Assembly (NCBI RefSeq): GCF_051535215.1
Contig: NZ_JBPPLY010000009.1
Coordinates: 67,417-131,416, forward strand
DNA length: 64,000 bases
Source: Nitrobacter sp.
GTDB taxonomy: Bacteria; Pseudomonadota; Alphaproteobacteria; Rhizobiales; Xanthobacteraceae
Direction of reading: 5' to 3'
The translations under genes were made by a program, and so were the position numbers. Positions 37,917 to 48,085 of this stretch are shown here, piece by piece (the first letter of the stretch is position 1; each line of letters opens with the position of its first letter). Below the pieces are notes generated by a model. That model was not told where the DNA came from. It worked only from the letters and a program-made list of their open reading frames with translations, and searched no databases.

Positions 37917-38662
37917 CCGGCGCACGATCTGAGGATGCATTTCTTGGCGGTCGGTTGCGGCTGTACCAGCCCTTGTCCGGCCATCGCGCCGGCCACGACG
38001 CGATGCTTCTGGCCGCTGCGACGCCGGGCAAAAGCGGCGATCATGTCGTTGATTTCGGAGCGGGCGTCGGCGCGGCCGGGCTCGCGGTGGCGACGCGCCT
38101 TGCCGGCATCGATCTGACGCTGGTCGAACGCGACGAAATCCTCGCCGATCTGGCGCGCCGCAACGCGGTTCACAACGCGATCGCGGCGCGGGTCTGCACC
38201 CTCGATATCGCAGCCGGAGCGGAGGCTTTCGCAGGCGCCGGTCTCGGTCCCGACAGCGCCGACGTGGTGCTGATGAATCCTCCGTTCAACGATTCGGAGC
38301 GGCATCGGCCATCGCCAGATGAGAACCGTCGCGCGGCCCATGTCGCGGAGCCCGTCACGCTCGACAGTTGGGTCCATGCGGCTCGTCGGGTGCTGAAATC
38401 CGGCGGTGTGCTCAGTCTGATCTGGCGCAGCGACGGTCTGGCCGAGGTGTTGGCCGTGCTCGGTCGCGGCTTCGGCGGTGTCGCGATTCGGCCTGTTCAT
38501 CCGGATGCCGGCAAGCCTGCGATCCGCATCCTGGTTCGTGCTGTCAAAGGGAGCCGCGCGCCGCTCAGGCTTTGTCCGGGTTTGATGCTCGCCGACGAGA
38601 CGGGCCTGCCGAGCAAGGAGAGCCGCGAGATTTTGGCCGGCGCGCAGGTCTTGGCGATGTGA
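37913..38662 (+). CDS. SAM-dependent methyltransferase (TrmN6/YfiC-like)
   Basis: 'FLGGRLRLYQP..GHRAGHDAMLLAA', 'VDFGAGVGAAG', 'VLMNPPF'. Confidence 0.88.
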   Translation: MTGARSEDAFLGGRLRLYQPLSGHRAGHDAMLLAAATPGKSGDHVVDFGAGVGAAGLAVATRLAGIDLTLVERDEILADLARRNAVHNAIAARVCTLDIAAGAEAFAGAGLGPDSADVVLMNPPFNDSERHRPSPDENRRAAHVAEPVTLDSWVHAARRVLKSGGVLSLIWRSDGLAEVLAVLGRGFGGVAIRPVHPDAGKPAIRILVRAVKGSRAPLRLCPGLMLADETGLPSKESREILAGAQVLAM

Positions 38663-38832
38663 CGGCAGATGAGCCGTTGTGCACGGCGCTCGCGCATCCT
38701 TTGCGGCCGTTTGAAGCAGATGTGAGGTAAAAGGCTTTGAGAAGACTACCGATAATCATCTCAGCTGCATACATCCTTGTGTAACTTCCGGCGGTTGCAT
38801 GGTGCAGAACCGCCGGAGCGCAAGGAGCCGGC

Positions 38833-39702
38833 ATGAGAGCAGCGCTGATGAAACTGATTCCCACGCGATGGCGTCCCGGCACCACGGTTGTGCCGGTGGT
38901 GCGATTGTCCGGCGTGATCGGCGCCGTCACGCCGCTCCGGCCAGGCATGACGCTTGGGGGCGTCGCCAAGACGCTTGAGCGGGCGTTCGCTGTGAACGAC
39001 GCCAAAGCGGTGGCGGTGGTGATCAATTCGCCGGGCGGCTCGCCAGTGCAGTCGCGCCAGATTTACCTGCGCATCCGGCAGCTCGCAGAGGAGAAAAAGC
39101 TTCCTGTGCTGATGTTTGTCGAGGATGTCGCAGCCTCGGGCGGCTACATGATCGCCTGCGCGGGCGACGAAATCTTCTGCGATCCGTCCTCGATCCTCGG
39201 TTCGATCGGCGTGGTCGGCAGCAGCTTTGGCTTTACCGAGCTGATCAAGAAGATCGGCGTCGAACGCAGGCTCTATACGTCGGGTGAACACAAGGCGACG
39301 CTCGATCCGTTCCTCCCCGAAAATCCCGACGACGTGGCTCGCCTGAAGGCGATACAGCGCGAGATTCACGGCACCTTCATCGAACTGGTCAAGGCAAGCC
39401 GCGGGGCGCGGCTGAAAGGCACGGACGATCTTCTGTTCACGGGCGAATACTGGGCGGGAGAGCGCGCGGTCGCGCTCGGCCTGGCGGACGCGATCGGCGA
39501 TCTGCGTTCGACGTTGCGGGCGCGGTTTGGCGACAAGGTCGTGACTCCGCTGATCGCGCCATCGAGCGGTTTCCTGGCGGGGCTGCTCGGCCGCAAGCCG
39601 GGAGCCGGAACCCTGGCCGCGCTCGATGGAATCGCGGGGATGCCTGACGACCTGATTTCCGCGCTGGAAACCCGGGCGATTTGGGCCAAATTCGGCTTTT
39701 AG
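38833..39702 (+). CDS. S49-family peptidase (SppA/SohB-like)
   Basis: 'INSPGGSPVQS', 'EDVAASGGYMIACAGD', 'GSIGVV', 'HKATLDPF'. Confidence 0.92.
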   Translation: MRAALMKLIPTRWRPGTTVVPVVRLSGVIGAVTPLRPGMTLGGVAKTLERAFAVNDAKAVAVVINSPGGSPVQSRQIYLRIRQLAEEKKLPVLMFVEDVAASGGYMIACAGDEIFCDPSSILGSIGVVGSSFGFTELIKKIGVERRLYTSGEHKATLDPFLPENPDDVARLKAIQREIHGTFIELVKASRGARLKGTDDLLFTGEYWAGERAVALGLADAIGDLRSTLRARFGDKVVTPLIAPSSGFLAGLLGRKPGAGTLAALDGIAGMPDDLISALETRAIWAKFGF

Positions 39703-39820
39703 AGGCTGCCGCGCCGAAATTCGGCGCTATTTGGTGATGAAACAGCGATTGCGGGAACGATCAGGTTGGGCGAGAATATAGCCGAATGGGGGTCCGACAA
39801 CGAAGGAAGAGGATCGACCG

Positions 39821-40009
39821 ATGCCGCCGCTGATTGCACTTGCAGCTACCCTCGGTGGACTAGTCGCGTTCCGCTGGCTCTACAACACCGCCAAGCGGAT
39901 CAATCAGGAGCTTGACGAGGCGCGGATGGCCCGTGTTGCAGAGCCGGCGCGCCGCGATATTCCGACCCTGCGGCGCGATTCCCGCACCGGTGCCTACCGG
40001 CCCGACTGA
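39821..40009 (+). CDS. Small membrane-anchored hypothetical protein
   Basis: RBS GAGGA; hydrophobic N-terminus; C-terminal 'PTLRRDSRTGAYRP' resembles small Rhizobiales proteins found upstream of glyQ. Confidence 0.65.
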   Translation: MPPLIALAATLGGLVAFRWLYNTAKRINQELDEARMARVAEPARRDIPTLRRDSRTGAYRPD

Positions 40010-40245
40010 CACGACTGAGACGGGCGCGCGAACGGCCTTGCCGTTCGCCTGACCCCGTTAAGAATAGCAGGCGCCCATGCCTCTCTGGTCCCGGCGGCAA
40101 GTCCGGCGGCCCGGGCTGCACGGGTCGTGCCGCCATTAGCTGGAATGTCGGCCGTTTTCGTTAACCGTTGTCCCGCCATCGCTTGATTTGGGTTTCCGCG
40201 GCCGATACGGTCGCCGCGCTTTCACCCGAATCTCCGACAAGTCCG

Positions 40246-41190
40246 ATGGATACCCTGCCTCCGCACATGCGCCCGGAACGCTCGTTCCAGGGCTTGATCC
40301 TGACCCTGCAACGCTACTGGGCGGACTATGGCTGCGTGATTTTGCAGCCCTATGACATGGAGGTGGGGGCGGGCACCTTCCATCCCGCGACCACGCTTCG
40401 CGCGCTGGGGCCGAAACGCTGGAATGCGGCCTATGTGCAGCCCTCGCGCCGTCCCAAGGACGGCCGCTACGGCGAGAATCCCAACCGCCTGCAGCACTAT
40501 TATCAGTTTCAGGTGATCCTCAAGCCGTCGCCGCCGGACATCCAGGACCTCTATCTGAAATCGCTGGCCGCGATCGGCGTCGACAGCGCGCTACACGACA
40601 TCCGCTTTGTCGAGGACGATTGGGAAAGCCCGACGCTGGGGGCGTGGGGTTTGGGGTGGGAGTGCTGGTGCGACGGCATGGAAGTCAGCCAGTTCACCTA
40701 TTTCCAGCAGGTGGCGGGCGTCGAATGCGCTCCGGTGGCGGGCGAACTCACCTACGGGCTGGAGCGGCTGGCGATGTTCGTGCAGGGCGTCGACCGCGTC
40801 TACGATCTCAATTTCAACGGCCGCGAGGGCGCCGACAAGGTGAGCTACGGCGATGTGTTCCTGCAGGCCGAGCAGGAATATTCGCGGCATAACTTCGAGC
40901 ACTCCGATACCGCGATGCTGTTCGAGCAGTTTAGGATGGCCGAAAGCGCGTGCAAAACATATCTCGATGCCGGCTGGCAGGACGATCCGAAGCAGCCCGG
41001 CAAGCATGAGGCGCACCTGATGGCGCTGCCGGCCTACGACCAGTGCATCAAGGCGAGCCACGTCTTCAATCTGCTCGACGCGCGCGGCGTAATCTCGGTG
41101 ACCGAGCGGCAAAGCTACATCCTGCGCGTGCGCGACTTGGCGAAGGCCTGCGGCGAGGCGTGGCTCCATACCGACGCGGGCGGCGTCTAA
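40246..41190 (+). CDS. glyQ: Glycine-tRNA ligase alpha subunit
   Basis: '[16 protein letters not shown]', '[19 protein letters not shown]', '[22 protein letters not shown]'. Confidence 0.98.
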   Translation: MDTLPPHMRPERSFQGLILTLQRYWADYGCVILQPYDMEVGAGTFHPATTLRALGPKRWNAAYVQPSRRPKDGRYGENPNRLQHYYQFQVILKPSPPDIQDLYLKSLAAIGVDSALHDIRFVEDDWESPTLGAWGLGWECWCDGMEVSQFTYFQQVAGVECAPVAGELTYGLERLAMFVQGVDRVYDLNFNGREGADKVSYGDVFLQAEQEYSRHNFEHSDTAMLFEQFRMAESACKTYLDAGWQDDPKQPGKHEAHLMALPAYDQCIKASHVFNLLDARGVISVTERQSYILRVRDLAKACGEAWLHTDAGGV

Positions 41191-41194
41191 GCGA

Positions 41195-43447
41195 ATGCCC
41201 GATCTTCTGTTCGAACTTTTCTCCGAGGAAATTCCCGCGCGCATGCAGGCGAAGGCGGCGGACGACCTGCGCAGGATGGTCACCGACAAGCTCGTCGCCG
41301 AGGGTCTTGTTTATGAGGGCGCGAAAGCCTTCGTCACGCCGCGTCGCCTCGCGCTCACCGTGCATGGCATTCCCGCGCGTCAGCCCGATCTCAAGGATGA
41401 GCGCAAGGGACCGAAGGTCGGCGCGCCCGACGCCGCCGTGCAGGGCTTTTTGAAAGCCGCGGGGCTGAAGTCGCTGGACGAAGCCAAAATCCAGCGCGAT
41501 CCGAAGAAAGGCGATTTCTACGTCGCGCTGATCGAGAAGCAGGGACGGCCCGCGATCGAGGTGCTGGCGGAACTCCTTCCGGTGATCGTGCGCACTTTCC
41601 CATGGCCGAAGCAGATGCGCTGGGGCGAGCGTTCGGCCAGGCCCGGCGCGCTGACATGGGTGCGGCCGCTGCATTCGATCGTTGCTACCTTCGGCATGGA
41701 GACTGAGGAGCCGGACGTGGTGCCGTTCGACGTCGCCGGCATCACAGCGGGGCAGGTGACGCGCGGTCACAGGTTCATGGCGCCGGACGAATTCAGCGTG
41801 CGGCGCTTTGAGGATTACGAAGCGAAATTGCAGGCGGCGAAGGTCGTGCTCGATCCGCAGCGACGCAAGGACATCATCCTCGCCGACGCGAAAGAACTGG
41901 CGTTCGCGCAAGGCTATGAGCTGATCGAGGATCAGGCGCTGCTTGACGAGGTCGCGGGCCTCGTCGAATGGCCGGTGGTGCTGATGGGTTCGTTCGACAA
42001 GGAATTTTTGTCGATACCGGGCGAGGTGATCCGCGCCACCATCCGCAACAACCAGAAGTGTTTTGTCGTCAACGATCCAAAGACCAGTAAGCTCGCCAAC
42101 AAATTCATTCTCGTCGCCAACATCGAGGCGAGTGACGGCGGCAAGGCGATCGTCGCCGGCAACGAGCGCGTCATCCGCGCGCGGCTGTCGGATGCGAAGT
42201 TCTTCTACGAGACCGACCTGAAGACGAAGCTGGAAGACCGGCTGCCGAAGTTCGAGCAAATCGTGTTTCATGAAAAGCTCGGCACCCAGGCCGAGCGGAT
42301 CGCGCGCATCGAACGTCTGGCCGCCGAGATCGCGCCGCTGGTCGGTGCTGATGTCGAGAAAGCGAAGCGTGCGGCGCGTTTGTGCAAGGCCGATTTGTTG
42401 ACCGAAGTCGTCGGCGAATTTCCCGAACTGCAGGGCCTGATGGGAAAATACTACGCGCTTGCACAGGGCGAGGATGCGTCCGTCGCCGCGGCGTGCGAGG
42501 AGCACTACAAGCCGCAGGGACCGAACGACCGCGTGCCAAGCGATCCTGTTTCCATTGCAGTCGCGCTCGCCGACAAGATCGACACGCTGGTCGGTTTTTG
42601 GGCGATTGATGAAAAGCCCACGGGCAGCAAGGATCCCTATGCGCTGCGACGCGCGGCGCTGGGGGTGATCAGGCTAATACTGGAAAATAATCTTCGAATA
42701 AATTGGTTAAGAAAATTGCCTGCCGTTGCAACTGCGAAGCTTCTTGTCGATTTGAGGTTTATGCAGTTGACCGAACAGCATCATCAGCTCAAAAAACTTG
42801 AAGCAATAGGATTTGACAGTCAGACTATTCAGCAACTCGAGCAATTTTTAGTACAAGAAGCTGGGCGTGATGCTGCGATCAAATTCGCCGATGCGACGGC
42901 TAATTTTGCGTGGGAACTATTTAATAATCTTCTCGCCTTCTTCGCCGATCGTCTGAAAGTCCAGCTCCGCGAGCAGGGCGCGCGGCACGATCTTGTCGAT
43001 GCGGTGTTTGCCTTAGAAAGACAAGACGATTTGCTGATGATCGTCCGCCGCGTCGAGGCACTCGGAAAATTCCTCGACACCGATGACGGCAAGAACCTGC
43101 TCGCCGGGACGAAGCGCGCGTCGAACATCCTTGCCATCGAGGAGAAGAAGGACAAGCGCACGTTCGATGGTGCACCGGATGCATCGCTTTACAGGCTCGA
43201 CGAAGAGAAGGCGCTGGCCAAGGCCATCGATCAGGCAAAGGTTGAAGCAAGCGCTGCTGTCGCCAAGGAAGATTTCGCAGCCGCCATGGCTGCGATGGCG
43301 AAACTGCGGCCGGCGGTCGATGCCTTCTTCGACAGGGTAAAGGTCAACGACGACGACCCTGATATCCGTGAGAATCGCCTGAAGCTGCTCAACGAAATTC
43401 GCGCCGCGACACGCACGGTCGCCGATTTCTCCAGGATTCAGGATTGA
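41195..43447 (+). CDS. glyS: Glycine-tRNA ligase beta subunit
   Basis: '[13 protein letters not shown]', 'TPRRLAL', 'WVRPLHSIV', '[11 protein letters not shown]', '[14 protein letters not shown]', 'NRLKLL'; contains an AT-rich internal block. Confidence 0.97.
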   Translation: MPDLLFELFSEEIPARMQAKAADDLRRMVTDKLVAEGLVYEGAKAFVTPRRLALTVHGIPARQPDLKDERKGPKVGAPDAAVQGFLKAAGLKSLDEAKIQRDPKKGDFYVALIEKQGRPAIEVLAELLPVIVRTFPWPKQMRWGERSARPGALTWVRPLHSIVATFGMETEEPDVVPFDVAGITAGQVTRGHRFMAPDEFSVRRFEDYEAKLQAAKVVLDPQRRKDIILADAKELAFAQGYELIEDQALLDEVAGLVEWPVVLMGSFDKEFLSIPGEVIRATIRNNQKCFVVNDPKTSKLANKFILVANIEASDGGKAIVAGNERVIRARLSDAKFFYETDLKTKLEDRLPKFEQIVFHEKLGTQAERIARIERLAAEIAPLVGADVEKAKRAARLCKADLLTEVVGEFPELQGLMGKYYALAQGEDASVAAACEEHYKPQGPNDRVPSDPVSIAVALADKIDTLVGFWAIDEKPTGSKDPYALRRAALGVIRLILENNLRINWLRKLPAVATAKLLVDLRFMQLTEQHHQLKKLEAIGFDSQTIQQLEQFLVQEAGRDAAIKFADATANFAWELFNNLLAFFADRLKVQLREQGARHDLVDAVFALERQDDLLMIVRRVEALGKFLDTDDGKNLLAGTKRASNILAIEEKKDKRTFDGAPDASLYRLDEEKALAKAIDQAKVEASAAVAKEDFAAAMAAMAKLRPAVDAFFDRVKVNDDDPDIRENRLKLLNEIRAATRTVADFSRIQD

Positions 43448-43487
43448 CGTTGCAACCGTGCCCGCGCCCCTCGCGGTAAACCGGAAA

Positions 43488-43515
43488 CCCCGTCCCTGGA
43501 GGTGACGGGACGGGG
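43488..43515. terminator. GC hairpin between convergent glyS and the DUF1236 gene
   Basis: Perfect 9-bp stem CCCCGTCCC/GGGACGGGG with no clear U tract. Confidence 0.4.
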
Positions 43516-43622
43516 CCCCGGCTGCCCGCGTGGCGGCGGCTCCGATCGTGCCGCTGTTGTCACGCGAACTGACCTTGAAAACCGACCGCGCCTTCGCCCG
43601 CGACGGGAGCGGTCCCGGAAGC

Positions 43623-44027
43623 TCAGTCGACCACCTGCATGATGCGGCGCGTGCGCGGCTCGATCAGAACGGTTTCGCCATTCACGACGGTGTAGCGATA
43701 GGGCGTCGCGCCGAAACGCTGTGGCACGTCGTAGAGGGTTATGCCTTCGTCAGCCAGGACCGCGCCGATGACGATGTTTTGCGGAACGGTGTAAGAGGGG
43801 ATGCGCTCGGTCACGACGTATTCGCGAAACGCCGGAAGTTGCTCCTCGACAATCCTGCCATTGGCATCGACTTCGACCGGCTGGGTAACGACCATCTCAG
43901 TCGACGGCGCAGCGCCGACCGTGACGCCTTGCGCGTGAGCAGCGAGCGTCGTGCCAAGTAGCGTCGCACCAAGTGTCGTGCCGAGTACAGTCGCAAGTGC
44001 GGCAACAGCCGCAGCGGTATGTCTCAT
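43623..44027 (-). CDS. DUF1236-type exported protein
   Basis: Signal peptide; 'IVIGAVLADEGITLYDVP....YRYTVVNGETVLIEPRTRRIMQVVD'. Confidence 0.75.
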   Translation of the reverse strand: MRHTAAAVAALATVLGTTLGATLLGTTLAAHAQGVTVGAAPSTEMVVTQPVEVDANGRIVEEQLPAFREYVVTERIPSYTVPQNIVIGAVLADEGITLYDVPQRFGATPYRYTVVNGETVLIEPRTRRIMQVVD

Positions 44028-44261
44028 GATCGACCTCCTTTGCAGAGCCGAATGCGCGCAGCCGAGGCGCACAGTCGGGTTGTCATGCCAATTCATCCTG
44101 CCTGCTAACGTTCCCCTCTTCAGCTTGGCATTTCTGCGGCGATTTTCGGCAATGTCACAAATGAGGCGGAACCCCAGATCGACCGCAGCCGCTATCATGA
44201 AGCTAGCGCGGCAGATAAGGTTTTCCGCGATTCGCAAATCGCATCAGTGGAGATTCTCTCA

Positions 44262-44417
44262 ATGGTCATCACGGCAGCGCATATCCAGCCCATCGTGGCA
44301 TTGATCGCAGGCATCCTGATCCTGTTGATGCCGCGCTTCCTCAATTTCGTCATTGCCATCTATCTCATCTTCGTCGGCCTCCAGGGCCTCGGCGTGTTGA
44401 AGATGCTTCACCTCTGA
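44262..44417 (+). CDS. DUF3096-type 51-aa membrane protein (absent from the ORF track)
   Basis: Translated by hand: MVITAAHIQPIVALIAGILILLMPRFLNFVIAIYLIFVGLQGLGVLKMLHL, with an upstream GGAG. Confidence 0.8.
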   Translation: MVITAAHIQPIVALIAGILILLMPRFLNFVIAIYLIFVGLQGLGVLKMLHL

Positions 44418-44605
44418 TGCTTGGGATGGCCACTCGCACGCTTTAGCGGAGCGCGTCGCATTCGAGGGATACGCAGGCGGGTTGCGCGTCCGATCAGGTT
44501 CGACCGCTGCTCGTGATAACGATCGCGAAAAGCGATCCGAATGTCCTTGCCTTCCGACATGAACAGGTATTCAGTCCTTCAGTCGTCAAGAACGGCTGTG
44601 TCCGC

Positions 44606-44702
44606 CAGAGCATGATCCCGAAAAGCGGGAACTGGTTTTTATCATGCTCAACCGGAGGGATAGATTAGCGTCCCATTCAACGCGGTTGAACCGGACGCTA
44701 AG
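44606..44702 (+). repeat. RIME-like element, family 2
   Basis: CAGAGCATGATCCCGAAAAGCGGGAACTGGTTTTTATCATGCTC plus hairpin TTAGCGTCC...GGACGCTAA; homologous to 22444. Confidence 0.75.
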
Positions 44703-44716
44703 GACATGAAACGCGC

Positions 44717-45400
44717 ATGGTGTACCGGCGGACCCAGCAGGTCGTGAAGCGCCTCGCCGCGCGTCGCCGCGCCATTTTGACGGCGGCGCGGGATACGGCC
44801 AGCAGCGGCGGCATGGCAGCGGTGCAGATCGCACCGGTCGCGGTTCGCGCCAACGTCGCCGCCGGCACGGTCTATCGTTATTTTCCCTCGAAGGCGGATC
44901 TGATTTCAGAACTGATAAAGGAAGTTTCGCGCGACGAACTGGCGGCGATAAGCACCGCCGCCGAGGCAGCGCCGGGGCCGTCCTCGGCGCTCGCTGCCGC
45001 GCTCGCGACCGTTGCGGTGCACATGGTGTCGCACCGTAAACTGGCGTGGGGCATTCTGGCGGAGCCGATCGATGTCGATGTGGCGGTGACGCGTCTGGCA
45101 AGCCGCCGCGAGATCGCCGGCGAGATCGAGAAGCGCATCATCGCCGCCGTGCGGGCCGGACATCTGCCGGCGCAGGATACGTCGCTGGCTGCGACCGCTC
45201 TGCTTGGCGCACTGCAGGAATCGCTTGTCGGTCCGCTGACACCCGACAACCTCGATGATCCGGCAAAGCTGCGCGACGTGGTGCAGACCGCCACCTTGCT
45301 GGCGTTGCGCGCGGTCGGCGTGACCGATGCACGCGCCCGTGGGCTTGTGGTGCAGGCTGCCCTGCCGACGATGATGCCGGCAGGGGAGCGCGCGGGCTAA
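44717..45400 (+). CDS. TetR/AcrR-family regulator
   Basis: 'MVYRRT....RL..RR.AIL.AA', HTH 'ANVAAGTVYRYFPSKADL'. Confidence 0.9.
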   Translation: MVYRRTQQVVKRLAARRRAILTAARDTASSGGMAAVQIAPVAVRANVAAGTVYRYFPSKADLISELIKEVSRDELAAISTAAEAAPGPSSALAAALATVAVHMVSHRKLAWGILAEPIDVDVAVTRLASRREIAGEIEKRIIAAVRAGHLPAQDTSLAATALLGALQESLVGPLTPDNLDDPAKLRDVVQTATLLALRAVGVTDARARGLVVQAALPTMMPAGERAG

Positions 45401-45417
45401 AATTCATGGAAGACTTT

Positions 45418-45530
45418 CCGCTTCTGACGGACTCAGAAGCAAGGCTCCATGATTTTATTTTGACGCATTCCTAGACGCGAACCGTATCCATCCTCGGGTC
45501 AAGCCAGAGGACATGCTTCGCTCGAAACGC
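45418..45530 (+). repeat. RIME-like element, family 1 (left hairpin and internal insert)
   Basis: GCTTCTGACGGACTCAGAAGC..CTCCATGATTTTATTTTGACGC..GACGCGAACCGTATCCA[tcctcgggtcaagccagaggacatg]CTTCGCTCGAAACGC. Confidence 0.8.
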
Positions 45531-45540
45531 GACAGGGGCG

Positions 45541-45936
45541 TTACTTGATCTTGCCGTCCTTGTCGAACTGCGAGACGTAGGCCCAGAGATTGTCGAGTTC
45601 GCTCTGCTTGGTGATGCCGGCGAACACCATTTTGACGCCCGGAACCTTGGCCTTGGGATTCTTGATGTATTCCTCGAACTCCGTCTGATTCCAGGTAATA
45701 CCGGAATTCTTCATGGCGTCCGAATAAGAATAACCTGCTTCGGTACCGGCCTTGCGTCCATCCAGGCCATTGAGGTCAGGTCCGACCTTGTTTGCAGCGC
45801 CCGGGCCGATGGCATGACAGGCCATGCACTTGTTGAAGGCGGTCTTTCCGGCTTCTACGTCCGCCGCGGACGAACTGCCTACGCTAGCAAGCGCGAAACC
45901 GAGGACGGTCAATGCGGAGATGGCGAACGTTTTCAT
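45541..45936 (-). CDS. Soluble class I cytochrome c (c2/c550 type)
   Basis: Signal peptide, 'CMACH', 'KVGPDLNGL.GRKAG', 'YIKNPKAKVPGVKMVFAG'. Confidence 0.92.
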   Translation of the reverse strand: MKTFAISALTVLGFALASVGSSSAADVEAGKTAFNKCMACHAIGPGAANKVGPDLNGLDGRKAGTEAGYSYSDAMKNSGITWNQTEFEEYIKNPKAKVPGVKMVFAGITKQSELDNLWAYVSQFDKDGKIK

Positions 45937-46345
45937 GGAGACCTCTGAGTTCCTAGTGATGGCTTCAGGCTGAAGCAGGTTGGGATTTACCTTTCCGGAG
46001 AGGAAAGGTCGGTGGCTGTATTCTGTAGCACGCAGGTCGTGCGACAACCTTGGATGCGAACCGCAGAATCGAAGGATACCACCGATCTTAGAATGATTCG
46101 AGTGTGATTTAGGCGCAAAAAAGGCCATCTGGCGGGCCCGCCGGGTGCGCGGCAGCCGATTCAATATTTTAGCCAGTCGCGCTCCGGGCGCGACCTTATC
46201 GCGCAACCATAGCATTCGGCCGAAACCCGAACAATCCTGTTTAACGAGGGGCCGACGATGCTTACACAAGACATAGGAAATGTGGTTGATCCAACGGGTT
46301 TGTTGCGACCCGCGATCAGATTCGCAACGCCGGAGCGCCTGCCAT

Positions 46346-47839
46346 ATGACCATCATGATGCCCGCATCGGATCAAGCGGTGCTCGATCGCCGAGATGCCA
46401 TCGTCGCGGACTTGCGCGCGATCGTGCCCGGAGAAGGCGTGATCTCCAGCGCCGCGGAAATGCTGCCGTATGAATCGGACGCCCTGACCGCCTATCGTCA
46501 GCCGCCGATGGTGGTGGTTTTGCCGGAAACCACGGAGCAGGTGTCGCGCGTTCTGAAATATTGCTTCGACAACGGCATCAAGGTGGTTCCGCGCGGCTCC
46601 GGCACCTCGCTGTCGGGCGGCGCGTTGCCGCTGCAGGATGCGGTGCTGCTGGGACTCGGCAAATTCAAGCGCATCCGCGAGATCGATTTCGACAACCGCG
46701 TCGTCGTCACCGCACCCGGCGTCACCAATCTCGCCATCAGCCAGGCGGTGGCCCATGCGGGTTTCTATTACGCGCCCGATCCGTCATCGCAGATCGCCTG
46801 CTCGATCGGCGGCAACATCGCGGAGAATTCCGGCGGCGTTCACTGCCTGAAATACGGCATGACCACCAACAACGTGCTCGGCTGCGAACTGGTGCTGATG
46901 TCGGGAGAAATCCTGCGGGTCGGCGGCAAGGCGCCGGAGAACGCGGGTTACGACCTGATGGGCATTATCACCGGCTCCGAAGGGCTGCTCGGCGTCGTTA
47001 CCGAAGTCACGGTTCGTATCCTGAGAAAGCCGGAAACCGCGCGGGCGTTGATGGTCGGCTTCGCGCAGGTCGAAGCAGCCGGCGAGTGTGTCGCGAAGAT
47101 CATCGGCGCCGGCATCATTCCCGGCGGCATGGAGATGATGGACAAGCCCGCGATCCATGCCGCGGAAGCCTTCGTTCATGCCGGCTATCCGCTCGACGTC
47201 GAGGCGCTGCTGATCATCGAGCTCGACGGTTCTTCGATCGAGGTCGATGAACTCATCAGGCGGGTCGAGGCCATCGCGCTGGGTTGCGGATCGACCACCT
47301 GCCGGATCTCCGGTTCGGAAGCCGAGCGCGACCTGTTCTGGGCCGGCCGCAAGGCGGCGTTTCCGGCGGTCGGCCGCATCTCGCCGGACTACCTGTGCAT
47401 GGACGGCACCATTCCGCGCGGCGCGCTGCCGCGGGCGCTCGCCCGCATCCGCGAGCTCAGCGAGAAATACGGCCTCGGCGTCGCCAACGTGTTTCATGCG
47501 GGCGACGGCAATCTTCATCCGCTTATTCTTTACGACGCCAACAAGCCGGGAGAGATGGACAAGGCGGAGGCGTTCGGCGCGGAGATCCTACGCTGCTGCG
47601 TCGAGCTTGGCGGCGTTCTGACCGGCGAACACGGCGTCGGCATCGAAAAGCGAGACTTGATGCCGCATATGTTCAGCGAGGTCGATCTCGACCAGCAGCA
47701 GCGGCTGAAATGCGCGTTCGACCCGCAGGGGCTGCTCAATCCGGGTAAGGTGTTTCCCACGCTGCACCGCTGCGCCGAACTCGGGCGCGTCCACGTCCAC
47801 CGCGGCAAGCTGGCGTTTCCGGATCTGCCGAGGTTTTGA
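46346..47839 (+). CDS. glcD: Glycolate oxidase FAD subunit
   Basis: 'PRGSGTSLSGG', 'YAPDPSSQIACSIGGNIAENSGG', 'GSEGLLG', 'FHAGDGNLHP', 'TGEHGVGIEK'. Confidence 0.93.
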   Translation: MTIMMPASDQAVLDRRDAIVADLRAIVPGEGVISSAAEMLPYESDALTAYRQPPMVVVLPETTEQVSRVLKYCFDNGIKVVPRGSGTSLSGGALPLQDAVLLGLGKFKRIREIDFDNRVVVTAPGVTNLAISQAVAHAGFYYAPDPSSQIACSIGGNIAENSGGVHCLKYGMTTNNVLGCELVLMSGEILRVGGKAPENAGYDLMGIITGSEGLLGVVTEVTVRILRKPETARALMVGFAQVEAAGECVAKIIGAGIIPGGMEMMDKPAIHAAEAFVHAGYPLDVEALLIIELDGSSIEVDELIRRVEAIALGCGSTTCRISGSEAERDLFWAGRKAAFPAVGRISPDYLCMDGTIPRGALPRALARIRELSEKYGLGVANVFHAGDGNLHPLILYDANKPGEMDKAEAFGAEILRCCVELGGVLTGEHGVGIEKRDLMPHMFSEVDLDQQQRLKCAFDPQGLLNPGKVFPTLHRCAELGRVHVHRGKLAFPDLPRF

Positions 47840-47900
47840 GGGTGGTAGTTGAGATAGAAGATTGATGAGAAAACTCGGCATTGCATTCGGGCACGAATTG

Positions 47901-48064
47901 CTCTCTTTCCCCAACAGATCGCGCTTGCGCGATCTGAATCATGGATGGCGCATATCGGGCCGGCCCGACATGCGCCGGGGGAGAGGTGGAGAGGGGGGTA
48001 ATCCCAGCTCCAGATTTCGTTGCTTACCCCCCTCCCTGACCCTCCCCCACAAGGGGGGAGGGAA
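47901..48064. repeat. Composite palindromic REP-like cluster between glcD and glcE
   Basis: Hairpins CAGATCGCGC-TT-GCGCGATCTG, GCGCAT..CGGGC-CG-GCCCGA..ATGCGC, GAGGGGGGTAA...TTACCCCCCTC and CCTCCCCC-ACAA-GGGGGGAGG. Confidence 0.7.
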
Positions 48065-48085
48065 CACAGCAGTCTGCGGGCAGCC

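Noticed and set aside
38663-38832. AT-richer spacer with hairpin CCGGCGGTT...AACCGCCGG as an sRNA or insertion
   Set aside because: Consistent with an ordinary promoter/5' UTR for the S49 peptidase; no terminator or second copy seen.
40010-40245. T-box or other leader upstream of glyQ
   Set aside because: No T-box motif or antiterminator, and T-boxes are not expected here.
45960-46100. Possible glycine riboswitch upstream of glcD (GGAGAG in a hairpin, later CGAAGG)
   Set aside because: The CTCTCAGG segment and tandem aptamer layout are absent; only an isolated 8-bp hairpin (ACCTTTCC/GGAAAGGT) is present.
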